Positions 1 to 10,320 of a stretch of DNA of 64,000 bases are shown here, piece after piece. The notes below the pieces were generated by a model. It saw nothing but the letters and a program-made list of their open reading frames with translations, had not been told where the DNA came from and made no database searches. Position numbers and translations under genes: made by a program. How positions within the stretch are numbered: the first letter of the stretch is position 1; each line of letters begins with the position of its first letter. This DNA comes from Chthoniobacterales bacterium (GTDB lineage: Bacteria; Verrucomicrobiota; Verrucomicrobiia; Chthoniobacterales; Chthoniobacteraceae). The stretch is taken from NCBI GenBank assembly GCA_038207335.1, contig JBBQZX010000004.1, positions 1 through 64,000 on the forward strand, written 5' to 3'.

Positions 1-1374
1 ATTTCGGGAGGTCAGCACGTCCAGCATCGCCACCCGATAGGCGTCGGCCGTCTTTTCGCCCGCCTCACGTTCGGCGCGGTAGGATTTCAGATAATCCGCC
101 AGCTCCTCCTGCTTCACCGGCCGCCGCCAGGCGCGTTCGGCAAAGCGTTGCAGATGCTCCGCGACCACCTCGGGAGTCCCGTCATCGGGCGGCAGCACGT
201 CTTTGCGCCGAGATTTTTCCGCGTCCGTCTCCAGCGGCCCCTCCCATTCGATCCAATCGAGGAGCACCGTCGAGAAGAGGCCGTTCCCTTTGTCATCGAA
301 CATCTGCGGGGCGTTCGGGTTCAGGAGCCGGGTCTCGCTGCTATGCGTGAAAAGATACCCGCCCCTGCTGGTCAGCGCATTGCGGAAGGCCGCGCCGCTC
401 CTTCGGTCCACGACATCGGTGGCCACCACGCAGAAGGACAGCGACGCCGGCATCTCGAGAAACACTTCGAACTCATAAACCTGCGGCTTGTCCTCCGGTG
501 CCGTGATGTCAAACTCGATGAGGCCCGCGACGGTCTCCTCACCAGTCACCTTGCCGATGCTCAGGTGGGCCGGCTGGCCGCCGAGCGGACGGATTCCGCT
601 GGCCTGGAGGCGCATGCGATAGAGTCCGCTGTGTTGCGGACCGGTTTTCCCGAACCAGTCGGGCGAGAGCGCGTTCTGGACGTTACCGGGGAAGATGAGG
701 TAACGCAGCGGCCGCTTGATGCCGAACCGGTCCAGCGCCTCCTGCTGCGTCTTCCCGCCATTGTAGCGCAACTCGGCAGCGGTCTTGCGAACTTTGCGGG
801 CCTCGCCGGACGTGGCGGGAAAGGCGCGGTCGAGCACGAGTTCCGCAGCGCGGTAGTAGCGATCGACGTGCGACGGCGAGAGAGACAACTCCGATCCGAT
901 GCGCTCAAAACCATGCCACAGCGTGTCTTCGTTCAGCTCCCCCGGCTTGGTCGGATCGTAGCGCACACCGAGCAGGTCATAGACCGTGTTCTGATACTCC
1001 TTCCGGCTCAGGCGGTAGAGCGCCACTGCTGGCCGCGCCGCCATCCGCGCCGCCCGGCCGTCCTTGATCAGCGAGTCGATATTCGTGACGAACGCCGCGA
1101 TTTCATCCTGCGTCGGTTTCTTCTCCTTCTTCGGAGGCATCTCGCCGGAATTGACCTGCTCGATCATATCCGCCCACCAATGGGCGTCCGCGCCCAACTT
1201 GAAATCGCGCGAGAGTTGGTCGATCCGCAAGTCCCCCTTCTCCTTCTTGGGGCCATGACAGCCGACGCAATGCGTCTCCAGGAAGGCGTCAAACGGCTCA
1301 GCTGCGCGGACGGCACCGGCAAGGCCAAGGCTGGCGACGAGGATGGCTGAAAGGCTGAAAACGAAACGGGTCAT
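1..1374 (-). CDS. DUF1592/DUF1587-type (PSD) protein with N-terminal planctomycete cytochrome c domain; runs off window start
   Basis: Manual translation from ATG 1374: signal peptide, CVGCHG heme motif, [29 protein letters not shown]. Confidence 0.85.
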   Translation of the reverse strand, partial: MTRFVFSLSAILVASLGLAGAVRAAEPFDAFLETHCVGCHGPKKEKGDLRIDQLSRDFKLGADAHWWADMIEQVNSGEMPPKKEKKPTQDEIAAFVTNIDSLIKDGRAARMAARPAVALYRLSRKEYQNTVYDLLGVRYDPTKPGELNEDTLWHGFERIGSELSLSPSHVDRYYRAAELVLDRAFPATSGEARKVRKTAAELRYNGGKTQQEALDRFGIKRPLRYLIFPGNVQNALSPDWFGKTGPQHSGLYRMRLQASGIRPLGGQPAHLSIGKVTGEETVAGLIEFDITAPEDKPQVYEFEVFLEMPASLSFCVVATDVVDRRSGAAFRNALTSRGGYLFTHSSETRLLNPNAPQMFDDKGNGLFSTVLLDWIEWEGPLETDAEKSRRKDVLPPDDGTPEVVAEHLQRFAERAWRRPVKQEELADYLKSYRAEREAGEKTADAYRVAMLDVLTSRN

Positions 1375-1633
1375 AGAAGTGGAGACTGAAACATAGCCGA
1401 CGCTGCCCTTGTGCGTAACCCACGAGCTCTCGGGGGTACGGCGGGCGGCAAGAGGGGTGGTGAATTTCATTTTCGGTTTCACCCGATGATCTCCTTCACC
1501 ACCTCGCCAGCCTCCTGAAGTTAGGCGCCTCGTCTGTCGGTCTTCATTGATCTTCAATTCACAGGAAGCTTGAGGAATCGCCTAATCCAGCGCAGCCCCA
1601 ACCAAGACCGTAGGAAAGGAGTAGGATGGGGCC

Positions 1634-1746
1634 ATGAAAGCGAATGCCGGACTTTTAGCGCGCTATCAACGGGAGTTCGAGGGAGTTTCGGGTGTTTTGA
1701 GCGCCTGGTCATCACGGGGACGCTGACGTAGTTCGCCCATGGAAGC
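1634..1746 (+). pseudogene. N-terminal remnant of a large IS/mobile-element-associated protein
   Basis: MKANAGLLARYQREFEGV/(frameshift)GCFERLVITGTLT*FAHG resembles recalled 'GVLSCFDRVVITGTL' N-termini. Confidence 0.4.
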
Positions 1747-2028
1747 GGATGCCCTCGGCGTTGGAGCAGCTTGCGCTCGAAGGCGGTGACACGGCCAATT
1801 TCATGGTTGCCCGAATGTTCCTAAAGCCTGGCCGAGGTTAAGAGCAGCGGTCCCGAAACTCACGCCCCACAAACAGCTGCAGAATATCAACGAAGAGGCA
1901 CGACGGACAGCGGACGAGTCCCTGGAGCGCGCCTTCCGACTATCGAAACGCGGCGACATCTACATCAACAACGCCTCGAACGTTTCGCCCCCGGCACCAT
2001 CGCCGAGATATACGTGCTGATTACGTAG
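1747..2028 (+). pseudogene. DUF72-family C-terminal remnant (copy 1)
   Basis: RMPSALEQLALEGGDTANFMVARMFLKPGRG*EQ..NINEEAR..IYINN(R)LERFAPGTIAEI-YVLIT*, with a stop and frameshifts. Confidence 0.7.
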
Positions 2029-2045
2029 GTTTCGCCTCACCTGTC

Positions 2046-2078
2046 CGTTCCCAAAGTGCTCCGCAAACTTTGGGAACG
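2046..2078. repeat. 12-bp perfect inverted repeat, REP-like or terminator downstream of PEPCK
   Basis: CGTTCCCAAAGT-N9-ACTTTGGGAACG; related TTTGGGAACG half at ~19626. Confidence 0.6.
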
Positions 2079-2145
2079 AGAGTGGAAATATCCTGAAGCG
2101 CCGGCTCCATCCCGGCCCGTGCGAGCGGCGGCTGGAAACCCTTTA

Positions 2146-5100
2146 TTAGCATGCAGATTCGATTCGCGGTGTGATGGTGAGCGCCTCCAAAGGTTGAGCT
2201 CCGATAGAGCCGGCGAGGAAGTGGAGATAGTCGGGCGCGCGCACCGCATTGAGAGTGTTCTGTGCGCTCGTGAGTCGCTCGGCGACGCCGAGGCGCGCGG
2301 CTTCCTCCGCGTAGTTCGCCTTGGCGAGAAAGGCTTGGAGCGCCCGAACATGGCGCTCCCACTGACGGCGATCGGCTGTCTGCTTCGCCGCGAGGCGTGC
2401 CGCATACCAGTCGCTCGCGAGCATCGCTTCCCGGGTGAAGAGCGCGCGAATCTCGGGATGTTCGAGCCCTCGATCTTCAAAGTGTCCGTCGCGCATGATG
2501 TGCAACAGCGCGCGCAAGGGCGGGCACGCCGCGGCGATGCTGCCGTCCTCGAAGTAGAGCTGCGCCACGCGCTGCTGCGTCTCCACGATGTTGTCCATCC
2601 CGTCGGCAAGGATCTCCATGCTCTGCAATTCCGGCTGCAGCATTTCGTCGTTGAAGACGGTGTCGGGATGATTGAAAATGCGCGCGAGGAACCGCGTCGC
2701 GAAGCGCCTCGTGATGCGATAACCGAGCCGGCTCGAGAGAATCTTCCGGCCCTGGTGCTCGAGATCCTGGCACTTCTCGAGGCAGCCTTCCGCGATCAGG
2801 AATTGCGGATCGCGCTCGGCCACGGCCATGCGGCACCAGACTTCCGGCACGAGCAGGCTCACATCGTGATCGACGCGGAAATGTGGCCCGACGTAGCCCG
2901 CGGCGGTGACGAAGGTCGCGTTCCCCGTGAGCAGTGCCGAAACCAGCGCCGCATTCAGGTCGATGATCGGCGGCAGGGCGTTGAACGGGCCCTTGGTCAG
3001 CGCGCCCTCCGAGCCGGCACCCGTGGTCGAAGGCGACTTGCCGGTCATGCTGCATATGAACTCCATGAAGAGCTCCGGCAGCTCGAAGTAGTGGATGGGA
3101 TTGAAAACGGCGAGCGGACGGACGCCCGGTTCAGGCGGATTATTGCGCCGCCCCGGCAGCACCGCATTCACCGGCGTGTGCACCGCCTGGCCGAGCGGGA
3201 TGCGCCGCCGCAACCGGATCGCCATCTCGGTGAGATATGCATCGCGCGCATTCAGCAAATCGGGGCGCACCTGCAAGTAGCGCGGGTTCTTCGACGGCTT
3301 TCCATCCACCAGCCGCGGATGCGCGGACGACGCGAAGTAAGTCCCTTCCCCGCCTTGCGCCGCCTCACGGATGAAGGTCTGCATCGGCTCGGTGAACCGG
3401 TCGAAGCCGATCGAGTCTTCGATCAACTCGGCGGCGTCGGCCGGCGTGAGCGGCTCGTAGTTCGAGAGGAAATTTCCCGGCTTCGTGAAGTCCGCCTCGG
3501 TCTGCTTGTCGTAGCCACGATGGATCGCGTCATCGGGCCGCTGGAAAAGCCGGTACTCGCAGTTCTTCACAAACTTCATCGACGGCTGCTGATAGTCGGG
3601 ATTCAAGTGTTGGAGTGCCTCGGTGGGCACCACCACACTCGCGGTGATGTCGTCCTCCATCGCGAATTTCACCGCGGGCTGAAAGTCCTTCCGCAAGCCA
3701 AAGGTCCGCCACGCGCCGTCGTGATCGAATCCGACGCGCAGGTAGTTCGTGACGAGCTTGCGATTATCGCACTTCAGCTCATGCGCCGGCATGCCGTTGA
3801 TGATGTCCACGCTGAAATGTGCGCGCCACTTTTCGCCCCACTCCGTTTTGTAGAAACGCTTCACCACGAAGACGAGTTCCTTGATGTATTGCGGAATGGA
3901 GTCGAGCCACACGGCGTATTCGTCGGTGTATTCGCCGGGCGTCGGCGTGAACATCTGAATGACCGAACCGAGTGATCGCTCGGGGCTGAGGATGGGGCGG
4001 CTAGTCTGCTTTTTCCGGCCCGCGCGGAAGCGGCCGCCGTAGTTGCGGTCGATCATTTGCTCGACGAGGTCGAAGTCATTTTTGAAGTCCGCCACGTAGA
4101 CCGGCCCCTGGATGATCGCGTCGGTGATCGGCTTGGAAATCTCCGACTTCCCGCCGCCCGAGACGGTGCATGGTTTGTGGCAGAGCGTGGGCTCGGCGAT
4201 CGTCCCGATGAGCCGCCACGCGCGCCCGCCGGGTGGCTTTTCCATGTGGACCTTGTAGCCGGAGGGCCGCACATAAATCCGCGCGGGCAGCAGCTTGATT
4301 TTTGATTCCCCGCCGTCGAGCGCCCAGCTCACCGTCTGCTTGTGGAGGTCAAAGTAAGCGTTTTCCGGGACATAACTGATTTCCGGGAAACGCCGATCGA
4401 CCGCGTAGCCTTCCGGGAGCAGGTCCATCAGTTCCGCATAGAGCGACACCATCTCGCGGAAGTTGTGTTCGAGCCGCCGGACGTGCAGATCGCCGTGAAA
4501 TTCCTCGCCGAGATCGTAGCTCGGAAAGACGAGCGCTCCGCCAGCGTGCTCCTCTTCACAGAGTCCGAGCAGGTTCGCGGAGTAGCTGATCTGCGTCTTC
4601 ACCTCCTTCTTGCAATAGCCGAAGTAGTTATCCGCGATAATCGTGACGATCACGCCGCTCTCGTCACGGCAGGTCAGCTTGAAAGCCTGGCCGTTGTTGT
4701 AGCACTCGCCCTCGTCCTTCCAGCACATCCCGTCGCGCCGCTGCCGCTCGGTTGCCATCTCCCACGAGGGTAGGCCGAGTTCTTTCATTTTCACCCGGAT
4801 GAGATGCGGCGCGAGAATGACGCAGCCGGTGTGGCCGGTCCAATGCTCGGGGTCGAGCCCGGCGTCGTTCTCGGGGAGGAACGGATCGCCCGCGTTGCCA
4901 AAGACGCTTTCGACGAAGTCGAGATTGCTCACCAGACTGCCCGGCACGAAGAAGCGAATCTCCATCGACTTCTCCGCAGTGTAACCTAGCACGCGCGGGC
5001 ACACCGCCGGTCGCAGGAGCAGTGAGACGAAACATTCCGCCTGCGCCTCCTGCGCCGAGGTAAATGGCAGCCGCAGCAGCTCCCGTGGCGGCGCGAGCGC

Positions 5101-5649
5101 GAGCTGGAGCAATCGCCCGAAGACGGGCTTCGGCACGCGCACCTTGTCGTCGGGGATCGCCAGACCGCCTTCCGCGACGTGGAAGATTCCCTGCGTCGTC
5201 CGCCGGTCGCTTTTCGGATTGTGCAGCACGCCCTGCTTGACGCGGTAGGAGTGGACGATGTCCGAAGTAAAATCATCGCGCGTCGGCGGCAGCGACAGCG
5301 CCCGCGCCAGTCCATAGCGATCGAGCACAAAAGTCCGCGCGGGGAGTTTCGCCACCGGCACGTCCTGCAGATAGTCGAAGAGAAAAGTCTGAATGCGGTT
5401 GTCCGCCGGCGAGAGATGATTGGCGAGCAGCCGATGCGTTTCGCGCTGATACGCCAGCAGCGACGACGTCAGTTCGCGGAACTCAGGATCGTTGCCCACC
5501 TCGAGGGTCGAACAGCCGAGCGAGGCCAGTTTCAGGTTGATGTACTGAATCAGCTTCGTGCCGGGAACATGCGGGGGCGGATTCTGGATCCCGGCATTAC
5601 GGACTGGAGCCTGGGCTTCGGGCACCGGGAGAGGTTTTTCCTGATTCAT
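2146..5649 (-). CDS. PPi-dependent phosphoenolpyruvate carboxykinase (PEP carboxytransphosphorylase)
   Basis: 1167 aa with HNPKSDRRTTQGIFH, NYFGYCKKEVKTQ, CHKPCTVSGGGKSEISK, GKSPSTTGAGSEGALTKGPFN. Confidence 0.9.
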   Translation of the reverse strand: MNQEKPLPVPEAQAPVRNAGIQNPPPHVPGTKLIQYINLKLASLGCSTLEVGNDPEFRELTSSLLAYQRETHRLLANHLSPADNRIQTFLFDYLQDVPVAKLPARTFVLDRYGLARALSLPPTRDDFTSDIVHSYRVKQGVLHNPKSDRRTTQGIFHVAEGGLAIPDDKVRVPKPVFGRLLQLALAPPRELLRLPFTSAQEAQAECFVSLLLRPAVCPRVLGYTAEKSMEIRFFVPGSLVSNLDFVESVFGNAGDPFLPENDAGLDPEHWTGHTGCVILAPHLIRVKMKELGLPSWEMATERQRRDGMCWKDEGECYNNGQAFKLTCRDESGVIVTIIADNYFGYCKKEVKTQISYSANLLGLCEEEHAGGALVFPSYDLGEEFHGDLHVRRLEHNFREMVSLYAELMDLLPEGYAVDRRFPEISYVPENAYFDLHKQTVSWALDGGESKIKLLPARIYVRPSGYKVHMEKPPGGRAWRLIGTIAEPTLCHKPCTVSGGGKSEISKPITDAIIQGPVYVADFKNDFDLVEQMIDRNYGGRFRAGRKKQTSRPILSPERSLGSVIQMFTPTPGEYTDEYAVWLDSIPQYIKELVFVVKRFYKTEWGEKWRAHFSVDIINGMPAHELKCDNRKLVTNYLRVGFDHDGAWRTFGLRKDFQPAVKFAMEDDITASVVVPTEALQHLNPDYQQPSMKFVKNCEYRLFQRPDDAIHRGYDKQTEADFTKPGNFLSNYEPLTPADAAELIEDSIGFDRFTEPMQTFIREAAQGGEGTYFASSAHPRLVDGKPSKNPRYLQVRPDLLNARDAYLTEMAIRLRRRIPLGQAVHTPVNAVLPGRRNNPPEPGVRPLAVFNPIHYFELPELFMEFICSMTGKSPSTTGAGSEGALTKGPFNALPPIIDLNAALVSALLTGNATFVTAAGYVGPHFRVDHDVSLLVPEVWCRMAVAERDPQFLIAEGCLEKCQDLEHQGRKILSSRLGYRITRRFATRFLARIFNHPDTVFNDEMLQPELQSMEILADGMDNIVETQQRVAQLYFEDGSIAAACPPLRALLHIMRDGHFEDRGLEHPEIRALFTREAMLASDWYAARLAAKQTADRRQWERHVRALQAFLAKANYAEEAARLGVAERLTSAQNTLNAVRAPDYLHFLAGSIGAQPLEALTITPRIESAC

Positions 5650-5780
5650 GGGCGGAGGATTCCAGATCGCGTGAACTCAGGCGAGCGCGGCCTTCGGACA
5701 CAAGGAGGATGCTTCCCATTTCGTGCAGGCACCGGCGCACGCAGTCGCGGGTGGCACCGAAGTTAAGGTCGAGGTGCTTG

Positions 5781-5903
5781 CGCCGATCAGAGCGCGGCTA
5801 CATCAACAACAACAACCGCCTCGAAGGTTTCGCCCCCGGCACCATCGCCGAGATCATCCGGCACCTGATCGACCAAGGCCGCAAATATGTGCTGATCACT
5901 TAG
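5781..5903 (+). pseudogene. DUF72-family C-terminal remnant (copy 2)
   Basis: RGYINNNNRLEGFAPGTIAEIIRHLIDQGRKYVLIT*; nucleotide similarity to 1950-2028. Confidence 0.7.
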
Positions 5904-8900
5904 AATGCGTCCGGCACGAAACTCGGCGTTGTAGGTTTCCTTGCGGGAGCGGATTGCTCTTCCGCTTCCTTCGTCACTTTATAGCGAATCTTCACGCCGT
6001 TCTTCTCGGCGGGGCCAAGGATTTGCAGCAGGCCCTGGCTGCCTTCACGAGTTTGGAAAATGAATGTCGCGGGTGCCTTGCCGTCGGTGAGTTCGTCGTT
6101 CACCTGCCCGATGAAGCTCCAGTCCGCGAGGCGTGCTTTGATTTGCTCCGCGATCTGCGCGGGCGTGGCTTTCTCCCATGCATCCGCAGCGGCGGGGATG
6201 CTGAGCAGGTCGAAGGTGCGCAGGCCGAGTTGCGTGACTTGGCCATCGGCGAGAACCACGCGACCCACGGCATCCATGCGGTGCTCTTTCATCCACGCGA
6301 TCAAGGTGGCGTCCGTCTGGTGCGGGTCGGCGACGCCGAACTGCGAAGTCCGATCGTCGTTGTAGTTGTTCCGCTGCCGCTCCGCATCAATGCCGACGTA
6401 ACTGGCCTCTTGCTTGTTCAGCCGCGGATCATACATGACGATCTCGTGCGGCGCGCCGGGCGGGATGGCGGCTTCGCGATAATCAAACCAGCCGGCCTGA
6501 CCTTTGGCATCCACGACGCGGAGGGAATCGTCCGTCACCCAAATGATCGTCGCCGTGTCAGTGTGGTCGGGCCAATGCGTACTGAAGGTGGAGCCACTCA
6601 CGTCCCAGAGGAAGCGCTCCGATTTTTCCGGCACGCCGCTCGGCCCTTCATAGACGCGCACACCTTTGCCATCCGTGAAGAGCGTGAGCGTGGAGGCGCA
6701 GGGGAAATGCCAGACGCCGGTGAGTTCTGCGGCCTGCACATCTAACTTCACGCCGGCATTGAGCAGGAAGCCCTCCATCAGGCTGACGGCTTCCTCAGGC
6801 GAACGATAGGCATCGTGGCGATCAATGAGCCACTTACCATCGCGCTTGAGCAGGATGGCGGAAAAGATGCTCTTTTTCCCTTGGTAATCGAAGGGCGCGG
6901 AGAGCACGAGGGTCTGCTCGTCGTTGCCCAACTGATGCAGCGGATGGATGAGATCTTCCTGCACCATCTTCAGCATGTCACCGCCCCAGCTCGCGTTGTT
7001 GCTGCGCGTCGTCAGATCCCACACCTTCTGAATGTCGATTTTCTTTTCGCTCTCGGCCTTGAGCCGGCTCAGAAATTCGGCCACGACCTTGCGCGGGGAA
7101 TCGGGGGTGACGGCAGAGGCTGGCGGCGGCGTTTCCTCGGAAAATTTCGCGATTGGCTCAGTGATCGAACTGTATTGAAGGACGACTTTTCCGACCCGCT
7201 CTTTGGGCACCTTGAAGAGACTTGCCAAGGCACTCCCATCAACAGTGCCATTTGCATCGGTCACATACGCTCCATGGGTGTCGCGCCGCCGCTCTTTTCC
7301 TTCGTCGTCGAAGACCAGAATGCGCCAATGACTGCGATGATACAGGTCCTGACGGAGTTCAGCCGGCAGGCGCACTTCGACTCGCGTCCCGGGTTGGTCT
7401 TCCGCTTCACCGAGGTGTCGCTGCCACAGGTCGGATCGAAGTCTGACATCGGGACGCAGCTTGCCCAGCGGCAGGCGCAGTTGTGCAGGTTCAAATTTCG
7501 GTGCCTCCAACACCGCCACGTCGTGCCACCACATGCCGGTGAGTGATTTGTCTGACGAGGAATCAACCGATGGGCCGTCTTCCTCCGCCGGTGTGGCCCG
7601 CCAGTAGACGCTGATCACTTTGCCGATGACGCGCGAACGCGGAACGGTGTCGTCAGGCTGGCCGTTGCGATTGACCGTTAGATCTGCATCGGTGCCTCTC
7701 ACCACACGACCGACATAAGTGTCGCTGGCATGCTGATAGGCGATCATGTCGCCAGGTAAAAAAGTGCCGGCGGGTTTCCAGACGAGGATGCGGCTGCCGG
7801 CGGGCATTTCCGGCGCGGCGCAGTTGCCGCTGATGACGAAGGGACCGAGAAGAAACATGCGAACTGGAATGGCGATGACCAGCACCACGAATGCGATGGC
7901 CCATGCCTTGCGCCAGCGCCGGGAGCGCGGTTCGGCTTCCGGTTTCCAACTCCTCGCCGCGGGCTTGGCCACGCCTGCAGGCTGGTTCGCGTCTGGTTGT
8001 GAGGTCTCCACATTCACTGCGCGCCAAACGCGGCGAATGATGAGTGAGTCCACAATCAGCACGATGAGAATGCCGACGCCGATGGAAATCTCGGGATGGT
8101 TCGCGAGCAGATTGGCGATTCGCGTGATGAGCGGTGGATCAATGTCCGGTCTGTTTTGGACGGAGGGATTCGCGTAAAATGTCACGAACAGCCGAGACAG
8201 GTAGATCGCCAGCGAAACGACCAGCCCATCCAGTGCGAGCAGCGGGAATAGCAGCCCGTCGAACACCGCGAGACCAAACCCGTAAAGTTTTCCCGCCGAG
8301 CGGCGGATTTGCGTGACGGAAATCCAGCCGAGAATCGTCGTGCCGAACGGCGCTGCCACACCGAGCGGAAGCAGCGTGAATGCGAGGAGCTTCTGCCACC
8401 ACATCGGCCCGTGATATTCGCCTGACTCAACCCGAACACTCGTGAACCATAAGACGAGTGTGATGAAGAAAAGCGGCGCCCACGCAGCGGCCCAAATCGC
8501 CACGCGCGAAAATCGCGGCGCCGTCATCGGCATCGGGAATGCGCTGACCGCCTCTACGCCCGGGCTGCTTCGCGAAGCCTCGGCCTTCGGCACTCCGCGC
8601 GTGACCGCCTCCACCTGCGTGCGCATCTCGGCGACGGTTTGGTAACGGAGCTCTGGGGTCTTCTCCAGCGCGCGAAGCACGATCTCATCGATGCGCACAT
8701 CCATCTGCACACGCTTCGAGGGCGCTTCGAGTTTGGCCGTAGGACGCTCGCCGGTGAGCATCTCGTACAGGACGACGCCGAGCGAGTAGATGTCCGCGCG
8801 ATGGTCGGTGGTGGCGCTCGCATCGCGCTGCTCGGGCGCGGCATAGTCGGGCGTGCCGAGGGCAAGGGTGGCGGCGCTCGTTGGCGCGCCGGTCGCATCG

Positions 8901-9547
8901 TCAGCCATCTCTGTGGATGATGCCGCGATGATCTTCGCGATGCCGAAGTCGGCGATCTTCACCGTGCCGGCTTTGTCGATGAGAAGGTTCTCCGGCTTGA
9001 TGTCGCGATGCACGATGCCGTGATCGTGCGCGCACTGCAGCGCCTCGCAGATCGGCGGCACGATGCTCAACGCTTCCTTTGGCGTAAGGCGCTTTGCTTT
9101 GAGAAGCTGCCGCAGGTTCACGCCATCAATGAACTCCATGAGCAGGAAGTAGAAGCCGCCCGCCTGCCCGAAGTCATGGATGGTGACGATGTGCGGATGG
9201 TTGAGTTTGGCGAGCGCCTGCGCCTCGCGCTGAAACCGCTCGGAGAAACCCGGCTGGCCGGCGAGCTCGGTGGGCAGAATTTTCAACGCCACGAAGCGGT
9301 CGAGCTGAGGCTGACGCGCCTTGAACACAGCTCCCATCCCGCCGCTGCCGATAAGTCCCGTGACTTCCAGATGCGGGAACGCCGCGCGCACGGACTCCAG
9401 ACTCGGCGGCAGATGCGGCACAGGACCGCCATCCGCGGTGGGAGCCATTGCCTTGGCAAAGACACAGCGCGGGCACAGGCCATCGGCGGAGCCTTCCGGG
9501 ATGGGTGCGCCGCATTGGGGGCAGGATGGCGATGCGTTCGTGGTCAT
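5900..9547 (-). CDS. Membrane Ser/Thr protein kinase (zinc-ribbon N-terminus, TM helices, S26-like and extracytoplasmic domains)
   Basis: CPQC..CPRC, GSGGMGAVFKA, VALK, HRDIKPEN, DFGIAK, GTPDYAAPE. Confidence 0.93.
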   Translation of the reverse strand: MTTNASPSCPQCGAPIPEGSADGLCPRCVFAKAMAPTADGGPVPHLPPSLESVRAAFPHLEVTGLIGSGGMGAVFKARQPQLDRFVALKILPTELAGQPGFSERFQREAQALAKLNHPHIVTIHDFGQAGGFYFLLMEFIDGVNLRQLLKAKRLTPKEALSIVPPICEALQCAHDHGIVHRDIKPENLLIDKAGTVKIADFGIAKIIAASSTEMADDATGAPTSAATLALGTPDYAAPEQRDASATTDHRADIYSLGVVLYEMLTGERPTAKLEAPSKRVQMDVRIDEIVLRALEKTPELRYQTVAEMRTQVEAVTRGVPKAEASRSSPGVEAVSAFPMPMTAPRFSRVAIWAAAWAPLFFITLVLWFTSVRVESGEYHGPMWWQKLLAFTLLPLGVAAPFGTTILGWISVTQIRRSAGKLYGFGLAVFDGLLFPLLALDGLVVSLAIYLSRLFVTFYANPSVQNRPDIDPPLITRIANLLANHPEISIGVGILIVLIVDSLIIRRVWRAVNVETSQPDANQPAGVAKPAARSWKPEAEPRSRRWRKAWAIAFVVLVIAIPVRMFLLGPFVISGNCAAPEMPAGSRILVWKPAGTFLPGDMIAYQHASDTYVGRVVRGTDADLTVNRNGQPDDTVPRSRVIGKVISVYWRATPAEEDGPSVDSSSDKSLTGMWWHDVAVLEAPKFEPAQLRLPLGKLRPDVRLRSDLWQRHLGEAEDQPGTRVEVRLPAELRQDLYHRSHWRILVFDDEGKERRRDTHGAYVTDANGTVDGSALASLFKVPKERVGKVVLQYSSITEPIAKFSEETPPPASAVTPDSPRKVVAEFLSRLKAESEKKIDIQKVWDLTTRSNNASWGGDMLKMVQEDLIHPLHQLGNDEQTLVLSAPFDYQGKKSIFSAILLKRDGKWLIDRHDAYRSPEEAVSLMEGFLLNAGVKLDVQAAELTGVWHFPCASTLTLFTDGKGVRVYEGPSGVPEKSERFLWDVSGSTFSTHWPDHTDTATIIWVTDDSLRVVDAKGQAGWFDYREAAIPPGAPHEIVMYDPRLNKQEASYVGIDAERQRNNYNDDRTSQFGVADPHQTDATLIAWMKEHRMDAVGRVVLADGQVTQLGLRTFDLLSIPAAADAWEKATPAQIAEQIKARLADWSFIGQVNDELTDGKAPATFIFQTREGSQGLLQILGPAEKNGVKIRYKVTKEAEEQSAPARKPTTPSFVPDAF

Positions 9548-9554
9548 ACATCTT

Positions 9555-9582
9555 CCTTGGAGACGCTGGGCAAGAGGTTACA
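9555..9582 (-). promoter_or_regulatory. Putative ECF promoter upstream of the kinase
   Basis: TGTAACC-N13-CTCCAAGG; identical boxes and spacing at 10321-10348. Confidence 0.65.
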
Positions 9583-9587
9583 TCAAA

Positions 9588-10304
9588 TCACCCGTGGACG
9601 GAACAAAGGTAGCGCAGCTCGTCCTCGACATCGGCTTCATCCGTGAGCGTTTGAGCGATCTCCTGCCGCAGCAGGTCGCGGAACCTTTTGCGCAGACGAT
9701 GCACGGCCACCTTCACCGCACCCTCATTCATGCCCATCGCTCGCGCCGTCTCCGCCTGTGAAGCCGCGGCGTCGCCCATCAGCCAGGGGCGCAACGCCTC
9801 GAACTGCGCGGCCCTGTCGCCCTGATGCTCCGCCGCCAGCGCGGCCACCGCGCGATTCATCACCGTCACCGCCCACTCCCGATCAAACACCTCGGGCGCT
9901 GGCGTGGCCGCAGGATCAGCCATCATGAATGCAGGCGAACAGTCCGCACTTTCATCGATCGTCTCATGCTCCACGCCTCCGCCGCGTTTTTTCCGCCGGG
10001 CGCGATCACGCAAATCGCCCACGAAGTATTTCACCGCGCCGAGCAGATAGCTGCGGAACCTTCCACGATCGGGGTCCGGCCCTGGAAAACCACGTTGCAA
10101 CAAATGCGTAAAGAACGAGTGCGCATGGTCGCGCGCCGTGTCCGCATCAAAACCCATGCGCCGCAAGAAGACGAACACGGGCTGATAGTAGGCTTCACAC
10201 AAATCACTCAGCGCCGCCTTGCCCTCTGGCGACGACGCATTCGCACGCAGCACCAAAGTCCAGCGCGTGGACTGAAAACCGCCGGGAGTTTGCGTGGATG
10301 GCAT
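9588..10304 (-). CDS. ECF sigma factor of the Ser/Thr-kinase-associated type
   Basis: FQSTRWTLV N-terminus, RGRFRSYLL, AVKVAVHRLRKRFR region 4; directly upstream of the kinase. Confidence 0.9.
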   Translation of the reverse strand: MPSTQTPGGFQSTRWTLVLRANASSPEGKAALSDLCEAYYQPVFVFLRRMGFDADTARDHAHSFFTHLLQRGFPGPDPDRGRFRSYLLGAVKYFVGDLRDRARRKKRGGGVEHETIDESADCSPAFMMADPAATPAPEVFDREWAVTVMNRAVAALAAEHQGDRAAQFEALRPWLMGDAAASQAETARAMGMNEGAVKVAVHRLRKRFRDLLRQEIAQTLTDEADVEDELRYLCSVHG

Positions 10305-10320
10305 GAGGGGAACGCTAACT

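Noticed and set aside
148..1350. 400-aa plus-strand ORF and many other long antisense ORFs (e.g. 2056-3975, 42516-44480, 43769-46000, 31650-33320)
   Set aside because: Shadow frames of well-supported genes in high-GC DNA; no family motifs.
1479..1508. GEVVKEIIG* on the minus strand, resembling a DUF1501 C-terminus
   Set aside because: Only 10 codons; too short to support.
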